A stretch of 61,943 nucleotides of DNA, counting the filler. It is 5 parts of 5 records of this genome, joined end to end, with 100 filler letters (N's around TTAATTAATTAA, not from the genome) between each part and the next. Parts side by side here need not be neighbours in the genome. Positions count along the whole stretch, not along the records: positions 40,358 to 55,716 come from SRR31147125_24108; positions 55,817 to 61,943 come from SRR31147125_24126; 3 more parts are not named here. One strand, 5' to 3'. Of the stretch, positions 52,005 through 61,815 are shown one piece after another. Position 1 is the first letter of the stretch; the number at the start of each line of letters is the position of its first letter. Made by a program: the position numbers and the translations under genes. Below the pieces are notes generated by a model. The model was not told the DNA's origin and ran no database searches. It was given only the letters and a program-made list of their open reading frames with translations.

Positions 52005-52385
52005 ATGAAAATAACAAATCCGAAAAGAAATCAGTTGGAGTTCATAGTCATAATCTTGGTAATTTTGGTTGTTGCCTTTCTAGTTGGGGCAAATATCTAC
52101 TATCAGAGACAAGATACTAAGCAGAAGGCACTCTATTACGAATTGCAAGTAATTAGGAATGGAATCAATTTGTTCAAAGTCGTTGAGAAGAGAAATCCAA
52201 GAACCCTTGTCGAATTATCTCAGGCTGTTTATCAGTTTCCACAGGATAAAGAGACAAAGAAGTACCTGACAAATGTTCCGTTTGATCAGGGTGGTAATTT
52301 GGTCGATCCGTTTCAAAATCCTTTTTTCTATGATCACGAGACGGGTTGGGTTAGAAGCAGTACAAGTGGTTATGAAATGTGGTAG
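52005..52385 (+). CDS. Non-canonical pilin-like protein, paralog of upstream gene
   Basis: K|RNQLE + hydrophobic helix; ELQVIRNGINLF; LVDPFQNPF. Confidence 0.75.
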   Translation: MKITNPKRNQLEFIVIILVILVVAFLVGANIYYQRQDTKQKALYYELQVIRNGINLFKVVEKRNPRTLVELSQAVYQFPQDKETKKYLTNVPFDQGGNLVDPFQNPFFYDHETGWVRSSTSGYEMW

Positions 52386-52429
52386 TTTTTATGTTTAAAA
52401 ATTAAAATTTTTTAAAGGGAGGTAGTCAA

Positions 52430-52834
52430 ATGAGGAAAGGTTTTACACTAATTGAGTTGGTACTTGTCATCACCATTCTTGGTATCTTGGCCGTATCAGC
52501 TTTACCACAATTTATTGATGTTTCTACAGAAGCAGAACAAGCTTCAAGAGACGGTGTTGTCGGTGCAGTCCGTGCCGGAGTTGCTCTTGCTAGAGCTGAT
52601 GATTTGGTTGATAATGGCGCACCAGGTAATTATCCCGCTACTCTAGACAGTTCATCAAATGCAGCTTGTAGTGCCTCAAATTTATGCTTTGGTACCGTTT
52701 TGACTCAGGGTGTAGCTGATTCAAACTGGACCAGAGTAAGTGATACTTCATACACATTTAGTGATGGTACCTCAACATTCACATATACATATGTTCCAGC
52801 AAGTGGTACCTTTACATCACCAACAGCTCCATAA
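52430..52834 (+). CDS. MshA-like major type IV pilin
   Basis: G|FTLIELVLVITILGILAVSALPQFIDV..A..GVVGAV; strong SD; own terminator at ~52859-52892. Confidence 0.85.
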   Translation: MRKGFTLIELVLVITILGILAVSALPQFIDVSTEAEQASRDGVVGAVRAGVALARADDLVDNGAPGNYPATLDSSSNAACSASNLCFGTVLTQGVADSNWTRVSDTSYTFSDGTSTFTYTYVPASGTFTSPTAP

Positions 52835-52959
52835 TGTTGTTGATTACAAAATGATTTGAAAAGGGGGGCTTTTTTAGGCCTCCCTTTTTTTATGAAAGTT
52901 AGCGGTGATTATTAAAACAACAATGAAATTGGTAATGAATTGTGATATGAATACCCTTA

Positions 52960-53379
52960 ATGCATAATAAGCCTACCTCAAAAGGATTCTCCTTTATTCA
53001 GGTTCTCGCTGTTATTGGAGTTGTTGCCATAGTCATGCTCGGGATGATGATGCTTTTCTACATTTCGAAAAACAATGTTGTCAAAAAAGAATCCAAATTG
53101 GTCGCTACCTATTTAGCACGTGAGCAGCTTGAGAGAGTCGTTAGTGATAAGGTCCATTTTGGGTATGATTTTATAGATAATAAAAATTACTTAGATAACA
53201 AAAATGCGATTGTTGCTGATCATCTCTATAGGCGTCTAGTTAATATCTATGAGGTATCTAAAGACGACCTCGCTTCACCTAGAGCTGGATCGGGGTGCAA
53301 GCGGATTGATGTCTCTGTAATGTGGGGACTTTCAGTAGATGAGGTGGTGGAGGTTTCAACGCTATTAACAAATTATTAG
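52960..53379 (+). CDS. Minor pilin (MshD/PilV-like), Q at +5
   Basis: G|FSFIQV; ATYLAREQLE; KRIDVSVMW. Confidence 0.75.
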   Translation: MHNKPTSKGFSFIQVLAVIGVVAIVMLGMMMLFYISKNNVVKKESKLVATYLAREQLERVVSDKVHFGYDFIDNKNYLDNKNAIVADHLYRRLVNIYEVSKDDLASPRAGSGCKRIDVSVMWGLSVDEVVEVSTLLTNY

Positions 53380-53382
53380 TTT

Positions 53383-53907
53383 ATGAAACGATATAGAAAT
53401 AAAAGAGAAAGAAGGTTTGGGTATTCTGGTTTTACGCTTGTTGAAATACTTATGACAATTATTGTTATAGGGATTATTTCTGGTGTTTCCATTAAGATTA
53501 TGATGAGCGGTTTTGAGACGTTCTCGTTTATAAAGAATAAGGATAAAGCATATAGAGAAGCTAGTTATGCCATGGATACTATGGTCTCTGATTTAGTTGC
53601 TTTGAGTTGGTGGGATTTAAACTCTATAATGGATAGCAGTTTAGAGTATAGAGGAACATCATTTAAAAGAAAAATTGTAAACGGTAAGTTGGTCTTAGCT
53701 CGGGGAAACGATGTTATAGCAACCCCTTTAGGTATTATTGATTTTGATTATTATAAATCGGATGGTGAAACAGCTTTTTGGACAATTCAAGTGTCCCTGA
53801 TTGATATAGAGTTATCGATTGAAACCTTTAAGGAGAGTGGCTCTGTTGATTTAAGAACGGAAGTCTTTTTAAGAAGTCGGATGTACGAGGACTTCAGTAG
53901 ATTGTAG
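53383..53907 (+). CDS. Minor pilin (MshO/PilW-like)
   Basis: G|FTLVEILMTIIVIGII; FDYY; LRTEVFLR. Confidence 0.8.
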   Translation: MKRYRNKRERRFGYSGFTLVEILMTIIVIGIISGVSIKIMMSGFETFSFIKNKDKAYREASYAMDTMVSDLVALSWWDLNSIMDSSLEYRGTSFKRKIVNGKLVLARGNDVIATPLGIIDFDYYKSDGETAFWTIQVSLIDIELSIETFKESGSVDLRTEVFLRSRMYEDFSRL

Positions 53908-53917
53908 AGGGAAGGTT

Positions 53918-54639
53918 TTGAAAACTTTTTTTGTTCAAAAAAATGGTTTTTCAAGGTTGGGCTTGATTATACTTTCAGCTCTCTTTTTGGGCTTAGTGTT
54001 TATTATCTATACGTTTTTATCCATAAGTTTTGACGAAAGTTTTGATCAGCTTGATAGTGAGAGAGCTTTTTATAGTTCACAAGCTGGTTTGGAGTACGCG
54101 ATTAGGGAGATAAAGGGTGGGGGTATCCTATTGTAGAGGGAAAAGCTTTAGGAGAAGGGTCCTTTTCTACTGAGATTAAATATGATGAAGGTTTGGAAGA
54201 TGACAAAATAATTTCAAAGGGTGAATCAAACGGAATAACTAAAACTTATCAGATTACATATAGACCATTTGGAGCTGACTGTATTTTAATTGATAATTCA
54301 AATGTAAGAGTTGAAGGTGCTAATAATAATGAGCTGTCTAAAATTAAATTGAGAAAGCTGTGTAATGACGCTGTTTCCCTTGATAAGCTCGTTGTTTCTT
54401 GGACACCTGCTGATAATTCAAATTTCCTTAAGCAAGTTTTTATTGATGGAGAAAGGGTTTGGCTTAGCAGGAGAGGAATTAGTTCTGGGACCACTGTTGA
54501 TATTAAGGATGTGAAATTTTCTGATGCAGAAGACCACTTTATAACTAAAATGTCCTATTTATCAGACATGAGAAATATAGAGGTAAGGCTTCAATTGATA
54601 ATGACAGACAGTTCCTCAAAAACGATATTCCTTAAGTGA
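53918..54639 (+). CDS. Minor pilin (MshP/PilX-like); frameshift in G5 run ~54119-54123
   Basis: G|FSRLGL (no E5), RAFYSSQAGLEYA typical of PilX/MshP; continues YPIVEGKALGEGSF into ORF 54193..54639. Confidence 0.78.
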
Positions 54640-54798
54640 TAACCCCTTGATTTATTTGATTAACTTTTCATAGCTAAGGCTCTATTTTTTATTGCTTTTA
54701 TGGTTTCTTGATGTATAATTATACGCACTATTTATATTAAAATATATTAAATAATATATAATTAATATAAAGTAAGTAAAATTAAATTAGGGGGAGTT

Positions 54799-55671
54799 TT
54801 GTATCTTGACTATTTTGGCCTGAGTGAAAAGCCTTTCAGCCTTTCGCCTGATTCCAAGTTTCTATTTTTGACCAAACAATACGAATCAGCGTTAGATATA
54901 CTAAACTATTCAGTAAGTGAACGACTGGGTTTTTCAGTATTAAGTGGTGAGGTTGGAACCGGAAAAACAACTCTCACTCGTGAGTTTTTAAATCGTTTAG
55001 ACGATTCTACAGAGTCTGCACTTTTGGTTAACCCTCTTTTGTCCGTTCCTGAGTTGTTAAAAGCAATCAATAAAGATTTTGGTAACAGTGTTAGATATCT
55101 GTCACCGCAAAGACAGATAGAATCCCTTAATAAATTTTTGTTGAAGATGTATGATGAAGGTCGTAACGCTGTTGTTGTAATTGATGAAGCCCAAAACCTT
55201 ACTTTTGAATCTTTAGAGATGGTGCGTATGCTGTCAAACATTGAGACAGAGAAGGCTAAATTGTTGCAAGTTATTTTGGTGGGTCAGCCAGAATTGATGA
55301 AAAAATTAAATAGTCATGAATTCAGACAGTTGAATCAGAGAATTACAACAAGATGTAACTTGGTAGCTTTAAAATTTATTGAAATGGTTCGTTACATCAA
55401 TCATCGTCTTGTTTTGGCTGGCGGAATGAATAAAGTCTTTATTGAACCAAAGAGTTATAAAGTTCTTTTTAAGGCAACTAGAGGTTATCCAAGGTTGATT
55501 AATATAATATGTGACAGAGCTTTGATTGCAGCCTATATTGCGAATACATCTACAATTACTCCAAACATTATTAAAAATGCGATCAAGGATGTTAATGTTA
55601 ACTCAATGAAGCCATCTTGGATGGCACCTGTTGAATCTGTAAAACGAGTTCTTCGTTCATGGTTAAATTAA
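54799..55671 (+). CDS. ExeA/MshM-family AAA ATPase
   Basis: MYLDYFGLSEKPFSLSPD, GEVGTGKT, IDEAQ, LVGQPEL, GYPRLINIICDRAL. Confidence 0.92.
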   Translation: MYLDYFGLSEKPFSLSPDSKFLFLTKQYESALDILNYSVSERLGFSVLSGEVGTGKTTLTREFLNRLDDSTESALLVNPLLSVPELLKAINKDFGNSVRYLSPQRQIESLNKFLLKMYDEGRNAVVVIDEAQNLTFESLEMVRMLSNIETEKAKLLQVILVGQPELMKKLNSHEFRQLNQRITTRCNLVALKFIEMVRYINHRLVLAGGMNKVFIEPKSYKVLFKATRGYPRLINIICDRALIAAYIANTSTITPNIIKNAIKDVNVNSMKPSWMAPVESVKRVLRSWLN

Positions 55672-55688
55672 AAAATTAGAGGGAGAAT

Positions 55689-55716
55689 ATGTCTTTAATT
55701 CATAAAGCTTTAAAAA
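55689..55716 (+). CDS. 5' end of ExeB/MshN-like gene (truncated)
   Basis: GAGGGAG SD; MSLIHKALK resembles the MSxIxxALK N-terminus of ExeB/MshN. Confidence 0.6.
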
Positions 55717-55816
55717 NNNNNNNNNNNNNNNNNNNNNNNNNNNNNNNNNNNNNNNNNNNNTTAATTAATTAANNNNNNNNNNNNNNNNNNNNNNNNNNNN
55801 NNNNNNNNNNNNNNNN
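55717..55816. other. Artificial contig linker
   Basis: N-run + TTAATTAATTAA + N-run. Confidence 0.98.
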
Positions 55817-55818
55817 TT

Positions 55819-56280
55819 AGAAAACGTTCGGGTGTTGCCGATTTAACAAGCGACTTAATTGCACCGTATGACGATTTAACCATGTTGGGTGAAATCCGTA
55901 GAGAGCGTGCTATTGAGTTATTTGGCGAAGATTTCCGTTTCGATGATATCAAACGTTGGGGTATTGCTGTTGAAGAATTGAGTTACAACATTTGTATAAC
56001 CTATATTCAGTACAATGGCGAAAGCTGCGAATTTGAAACAGCTATCAGCCCAAAAAGTGCAGACGGTGACCTTATTTACGATGAAAGTGTTTGGACTTAT
56101 GGTTTAACCACAGATGAAGAAGTTCCTTCAACTTATTCGGGTATTGCAAGTACTAAGCCGGGTGCGTTAATTATTTGCCCATCCAGCGACCGTCAGTTCA
56201 AAACCATGAACTACTTGGATGCAATTCCAACCGTTCAAATTAAACTGAATCCTGAATTAACACAAAATCCAGGTTGGTAG
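55819..56280 (+). CDS. susD: SusD/RagB protein, C-terminal fragment
   Basis: EIRRERAIELFGEDFRFDDIKRW, YLDAIP, LTQNPGW. Confidence 0.92.
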   Translation, partial: RKRSGVADLTSDLIAPYDDLTMLGEIRRERAIELFGEDFRFDDIKRWGIAVEELSYNICITYIQYNGESCEFETAISPKSADGDLIYDESVWTYGLTTDEEVPSTYSGIASTKPGALIICPSSDRQFKTMNYLDAIPTVQIKLNPELTQNPGW

Positions 56281-56309
56281 AAAACAAGGTTTTTATTCAT
56301 AGATTTATA

Positions 56310-56344
56310 CAGCCGGCAGCAAACAGAAATGTTGCTGCCGGCTA
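56310..56344 (+). terminator. Terminator hairpin
   Basis: AGCCGGCAGCAA/TTGCTGCCGGCT followed by ATTT. Confidence 0.7.
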
Positions 56345-56464
56345 TTTCTTAAAAAGGATGTTGTGGGCAGGTTGGAACAGTATACATAATCTTGTTGAAA
56401 CGATATATTTATTAATTTTAATTTATAAGAACGAGAACCTATTGTATTCACTAAAATCATTTTT

Positions 56465-57573
56465 ATGAACTTAGCACCAAATCAACTGAAGCTCTTAATT
56501 TTAACATCCTTTTTTTATTTGCACTGTCGTGCGTTGCACAAAATCCTATTTACAATAATTTAAAAGAAGCCCCTGTTAACGGCGGCCTCGAAATGAAAGA
56601 TTACTGGGTTTGGGGAAGCTCGGTAATAAAAGGCGACAACGGGCAGTACCACATGTACGCCTCGCGCTGGCCTAAATACCTTCCTTTTCACCCCGGATGG
56701 ATGATTGCTTCCGAAATTGTTCATGCCGTTTCTAACACCCCCAAAGGACCATACAAATTTAAAGACATTGCCCTGGGAGCCCGCGGGGCGCAATACTGGG
56801 ACGGCCGCTCGTGCCACAACCCAAAAATTGTAAAGTACAACAATACCTACATTTTGTACTATATGGGCTCAACACATCCTTTCGAAAATGTTACCCAACA
56901 AAATGCCGGTGAGCTTACTCTTAGCAGTAAATGGTGTATTGCAGGCCGGTGGGGAAAACGCGTGGGGATTGCCTCTTCCAAAAGTCCTGATGGACCCTGG
57001 ACACGATTAGACAAACCTATTTTAGATGTTAAAGCAAACACTTTTTACAGCTTCCTGACATCGAATCCATCGCCGCTTATTAAAGAAGACGGTTCGGTGG
57101 TTTTACTGTTTAAAGGACGTGGCTACAAAGAAGACGGAATAAAACAAACCTCAATGAGCATTGGCGTGGCTACTGCTCCACGTTTCGATGGAGAATACAC
57201 CGTAAAAGGTGATGAACCTTTATTTTCGCTCGATAATTTTGGAGAAATAGAAGACCCGCATTTATGGAGCGACAATGATGGCTTCCATATGCTGGCAAAA
57301 GACCAGCGCGGACAAATTTCCGGTCATAAACACGACGGAATTTTGGCCCACTCGAAAGACGGAATCAACTGGGAAATAGATAAAAATCCATTGGCATACA
57401 CCAAAAAGGTAAAATGGAACAATGGCGAAACAATACAGCAGGGACAACTGGAACGCGTTTTCGTACTGGTTGAAAACGGAGAGCCAACCCACCTGTTTTT
57501 TGCCACAATGGATGGCCCCGGAGGCTTCGGTAATTCAACAAAATCGTGGAACATGGTAATACCTTTAAAATAA
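56465..57573 (+). CDS. Five-bladed beta-propeller glycoside hydrolase (GH43-like); frameshift in T7 run 56510-56516
   Basis: Signal peptide from ATG 56465 joins WVWGSS..HNP..SNPS..EDP..QLER with one extra T. Confidence 0.8.
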
Positions 57574-57588
57574 ATATATCTATCTATC

Positions 57589-59955
57589 ATGAACAAAACA
57601 ATCTTATTCCTACTAATTATATTTTTTGCAGCTTTTCAAAGCTGTAACAACCAAGCTATCGAAATTTTTGTGAACGAAAGCGGCGAAAGCGAACACGAGC
57701 TTTCCTATAAATCGGTAAACGAAGCCATCGAAAAAGCTTATCAAATAAAAAGCGAAAACAGTGATGCCAACATCGTAATAAATATTCTTCCCGGAACCTA
57801 TTATTTATCAGCTCCAATAATTATTACACCCGAATTAAATGGCTTAAAAATTATTGGCGCCGATAAATCGTTGGTAAATATTAAAGGATCAGTGCCTCTA
57901 AATCTTAACTGGGAGAAATACAACTCTAATATCTTCGTAGCAGAAGTTAAGTCCCCTTCAGGGGATTTAGGGGTAACCCAGCTTATAATAAACGATAAGC
58001 CCCAAATATTAGCCCGCTACCCAAACTACAACGAAGAGCAAAATTTTTGGCAAGGTTATGCAGCCGACGCCATTTCGAAAGAAAGAATTGCCACGTGGAC
58101 GAAACCCGAAGGCGCCATTTATCATGCCATGCACCGCGGCAAATGGGGCGGAATGCATTTTGAAATTACCGGTGTTGATGAGAATGGTGAAGCCATACTC
58201 GAAGGAGGAAAGCAAAATAACCGTCCTTCTGCTCCGCACAAAGAATACCGCATGGTGGAAAATGTGTTTGAAGAGTTGGACAGCCCCGGTGAATTCTATT
58301 TTAACAAAGAAGAGGGAAAACTTTATTTGTGGCCTGCAGCCGGTACCGACCTGGAAAAGGCAAACTGCGAAGGAGTTGTTCTAAAAAGTCTGGTTGAATT
58401 GAATGGTACTGAAGAATATCCTGTTCAGAATATTAATATCGAAGGAATTAAATTCGAACACACCCAACGTACGCTTTTCGAAGAATACGAACCATTATTG
58501 CGCAGCGACTGGACCATGTACCGTGGAGCTGCCCTATTTATTGAAGGAGCAGAAAACTGTGCAGTAAAAAATTGTGAGTTTACCAATTTGGGAGGCAATG
58601 TGGTTTATGTAAGCAGCTATAACCGTGGAATCGAAATATCAGGCAACCACATTCACGAATGTGGGGCAAGTGCCATTTCTTTTATAGGCGATGCTTCGGC
58701 AGTGCGTTCTCCGTCGTTTCAATACGGTCAGTTTGTGGAGTTAAGCGAAATGGATACAGTTGCCGGACCTAAAAACGAATTGTATCCGAAAGATTGTATT
58801 GCCGAAGATAATTTGATTCACCGCATTGGGCGCGTTGAGAAACAAGTGGCCGGTGTGCAAATTGCAATGGCCATGGATATTACCGTTAGTCACAACAGTA
58901 TTTACGATGTGCCACGTGCAGGCATTAACATTGGCGATGGAACTTGGGGAGGGCACATTCTGGAATATAACGATGTGTTCAACACCGTGCTCGAAACCGG
59001 CGACCACGGCTCGTTTAACTCATGGGGGCGGGATCGTTTCTGGACTCCGAAACGCGGTGAAATGGATAAGATGACTACTGAAAATCCGCAAATGCCACTT
59101 TGGGATGCCATTCATACAACTGTTATCCGTAACAATCGTTTTCGTTGCGACCACGGATGGGACATCGACCTCGACGATGGTTCAACAAATTACCATATTT
59201 ACAATAATTTATGTTTGAACGGTGGTATAAAGCTACGCGAAGGTTTTTACCGTGTAGTTGAGAATAATATCATGGTTAATAACTCATTCCACCCACACGT
59301 TTGGTTTGCCAATTGCGACGATGTGTTTAATCGTAATATCGTTTGCGATTCGTACAAAGATGTGCGTCTGCTAAGCTGGGGTAAAGGAATGGATTACAAC
59401 CTCTTCCCCGACGAAGAATCGAAGATGAAAGCACAGTTGTATAACATTGATGCCAACAGTGGTTTTGGCGACCCGATGTTTGTGAATCCTTCTGAATTGG
59501 ATTTTAGCGTGGCAGAAAATTCACCGGCATTAAAACTTGGTTTCAAGAATTTTCCGATGGATGAGTTTGGCGTTGTAAGCCCCGACCTAAAAAAGTTGGC
59601 GAAAACTCCACCGGTACCCGAAATTAAAAGTGCCGAAGAGCTAAAAGGAAATACAAGCACCGTAGTTTCATGGTTACGAAACGAAATAAAAGGTGTCGAT
59701 TCAATGGAAGAGCAATCGGCTTACGGATTAAACGAAGCTGAGGGAGTTATCATCCTAAAAATGTGGAATGGAAGTAAAGCCTACGAAGGTGAAGGACTTA
59801 GAAGCAAAGACGTAATCCTTTCTGTTGAGGGCGACAAAGTAAAAAATGTAAAAGAGTTCTTCGGAGCACTAAAAAAATATAACTATTCCGAAACCGTAAA
59901 AATGCTTGTTATGCGAAACCAGGCTGAACAGGAACTTTCGGTACGGGTGAAGTGA
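57589..59955 (+). CDS. GH141-like parallel beta-helix lipoprotein with C-terminal PDZ domain
   Basis: Lipobox FQSC; ARYPN, VENVFEELDSPGEF, DHGSFNSWGRDR, DIDLDDGS; GLRSKDVILSVEG PDZ motif. Confidence 0.8.
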   Translation: MNKTILFLLIIFFAAFQSCNNQAIEIFVNESGESEHELSYKSVNEAIEKAYQIKSENSDANIVINILPGTYYLSAPIIITPELNGLKIIGADKSLVNIKGSVPLNLNWEKYNSNIFVAEVKSPSGDLGVTQLIINDKPQILARYPNYNEEQNFWQGYAADAISKERIATWTKPEGAIYHAMHRGKWGGMHFEITGVDENGEAILEGGKQNNRPSAPHKEYRMVENVFEELDSPGEFYFNKEEGKLYLWPAAGTDLEKANCEGVVLKSLVELNGTEEYPVQNINIEGIKFEHTQRTLFEEYEPLLRSDWTMYRGAALFIEGAENCAVKNCEFTNLGGNVVYVSSYNRGIEISGNHIHECGASAISFIGDASAVRSPSFQYGQFVELSEMDTVAGPKNELYPKDCIAEDNLIHRIGRVEKQVAGVQIAMAMDITVSHNSIYDVPRAGINIGDGTWGGHILEYNDVFNTVLETGDHGSFNSWGRDRFWTPKRGEMDKMTTENPQMPLWDAIHTTVIRNNRFRCDHGWDIDLDDGSTNYHIYNNLCLNGGIKLREGFYRVVENNIMVNNSFHPHVWFANCDDVFNRNIVCDSYKDVRLLSWGKGMDYNLFPDEESKMKAQLYNIDANSGFGDPMFVNPSELDFSVAENSPALKLGFKNFPMDEFGVVSPDLKKLAKTPPVPEIKSAEELKGNTSTVVSWLRNEIKGVDSMEEQSAYGLNEAEGVIILKMWNGSKAYEGEGLRSKDVILSVEGDKVKNVKEFFGALKKYNYSETVKMLVMRNQAEQELSVRVK

Positions 59956-59991
59956 TTAACATCATCGCTCTCACGAACGATGCTGATACAG

Positions 59992-60109
59992 GTCGGGGCT
60001 TTGCCTCTGTAACTTTACAGGGCTGAAAGCCCGACACGTAACAGCGTAGTCCGCAAGGGCTACGAATGGAAAGACAAATAAGAAAACAGGGCTGAAAGCC
60101 TGATACGTA
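59992..60109. repeat. REP-like palindromic repeat cluster
   Basis: CAGGGCTGAAAGCCCGACACGTA (60018-60040), CAGGGCTGAAAGCCTGATACGTA (60087-60109), degenerate inverted copy at 59992, internal hairpin CGTAGTCC-GCAA-GGGCTACG. Confidence 0.75.
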
Positions 60110-60152
60110 TTAATTTATCTGCGACAATCTGCGGAACCAACGAGAAATAGAC

Positions 60153-61796
60153 ATGAACCAGCTTTTAAAAAAAACAACAATCCTAATTTGTGCCATGTTC
60201 CTGTTTTCAGGAGTAATTAACGCGCAGAACAAAATAGCAATAGATTTTAGTTCCAATGGCGAAAAGTTTGACCACTTCTGGAGCAAATGTGTAGGTGCCG
60301 GGCGCGCCAACGAAGGCTTACGGGCTGGCTGGCTCGAACATATGGCTTTGGTACAGGAAAACTGTGGCTTTCAATACTGTCGTTTTCATGGCCTTTTTCA
60401 TGAAGATATGTATGTGGTGCGCGAAAATCGTGGCAAAATTGTTTACAACTGGCAGTACATCGACGATTTGTACGATCGGATGCTCGAACTTAATGTAAAA
60501 CCTTTTGTTGAGCTGGCATATTTTCCGGAGCCTTTTGCTGCCGGGAATTCAAAAACCGTGTTTTGGTGGAAAGCAAACATCACACCCGGTGAAAATTATG
60601 CAAGCCAGTGGCACGATTTAGTAAAAGCCTTAACACAGCATTTGGTAGACCGCTATGGAATCGACGAGGTACTAACCTGGTACTTCGAAGTATGGAACGA
60701 ACCCAATCTTTACCCACTTTTCTGGGACGGCACAAAATCGCAATATTTCGAATTGTACAAACAATCGACACTAGCTGTAAAATCGGTTGACGAGCGTTTA
60801 AGAATTGGTGGCCCGGCTACAAGTAATTTTGTACCCGACACTCGTTTCGATGGTGAAATTGAAGACCGTGAAGCCGCAAAAGAGGTGTTTACAGTTGAAG
60901 ACATAAATACCCTGGAATGGCACGGCGTGTGGATTGAAGATTTTCTGGAATACTGTGAAAAAGAAAATCTTCCGGTTGACTTTGTTAGCTGCCACCCATA
61001 CCCAACCGATTATGCTTTTAATCCTGAAACCGGCAAGGGCAGGGGATTAACCCGTTTTGTGGAATCAACAAAACTCGATATCGAATGGCTGAACAAAACG
61101 GTTGCCAACAGCGCATATCCAAATGCAGAGTTACATTTAACCGAATGGAACACCAGCCCAAGCAGTCGCGACCGCATGCACGATTTTCTGCCACCGGCAG
61201 CGTATATCGTAAAAACCAACCTCGATTGCATTGGCTTAACAAATTCATTGGCATTCTGGACTTTCACCGATATTTTTGAAGAAAAAGGAGGTGGCGAAAG
61301 TATTTTCCACGGAGGCTTCGGAATGATTAACTACCAGGGAATTGTAAAACCATCGTACCATGCCTATCGCATGCTAAATCAGCTGGGCGACGAAAAATTG
61401 TATAAGGATGAATACCTGTTTGTAAGCCGCAACTCTGGAAACGGTAAAGTTTCTGCTTTGGCGTATAATTACCCAGAAGAGTACGAAAATGCCGTTCCAT
61501 CAGGAAACGACAAGCGAGAAGAGGGAAGTTCAAAAACGTTAAATTTTTTATTGGAGAACTTAAAGCCGGGCACGCAGTTTAAAATTGAAACTTTAGATAA
61601 AGACCACGGAAATATTCATAATTATTGGGAAGCCATGGGCAAACCCGAACCACCAACACGCGAGCAGGTAGAAGTGATGAAAACCTACGCCGAAAATTTG
61701 AAAATAGAAATTATAAGCGTTGGAGACGACGGTAAACTGGATATTGAAAAGGAACTTACACCCTGGAGTGTGGTTCTGATTCAGCAGATAAACTAA
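60153..61796 (+). CDS. GH39 beta-xylosidase-like glycoside hydrolase
   Basis: RFHGLF, PFVEL, YFEVWNEPN (acid/base), DFVSCHPY, HLTEWN (nucleophile), FHGGFG. Confidence 0.93.
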   Translation: MNQLLKKTTILICAMFLFSGVINAQNKIAIDFSSNGEKFDHFWSKCVGAGRANEGLRAGWLEHMALVQENCGFQYCRFHGLFHEDMYVVRENRGKIVYNWQYIDDLYDRMLELNVKPFVELAYFPEPFAAGNSKTVFWWKANITPGENYASQWHDLVKALTQHLVDRYGIDEVLTWYFEVWNEPNLYPLFWDGTKSQYFELYKQSTLAVKSVDERLRIGGPATSNFVPDTRFDGEIEDREAAKEVFTVEDINTLEWHGVWIEDFLEYCEKENLPVDFVSCHPYPTDYAFNPETGKGRGLTRFVESTKLDIEWLNKTVANSAYPNAELHLTEWNTSPSSRDRMHDFLPPAAYIVKTNLDCIGLTNSLAFWTFTDIFEEKGGGESIFHGGFGMINYQGIVKPSYHAYRMLNQLGDEKLYKDEYLFVSRNSGNGKVSALAYNYPEEYENAVPSGNDKREEGSSKTLNFLLENLKPGTQFKIETLDKDHGNIHNYWEAMGKPEPPTREQVEVMKTYAENLKIEIISVGDDGKLDIEKELTPWSVVLIQQIN

Positions 61797-61815
61797 TAAT
61801 GAGATAACAAAAAAT

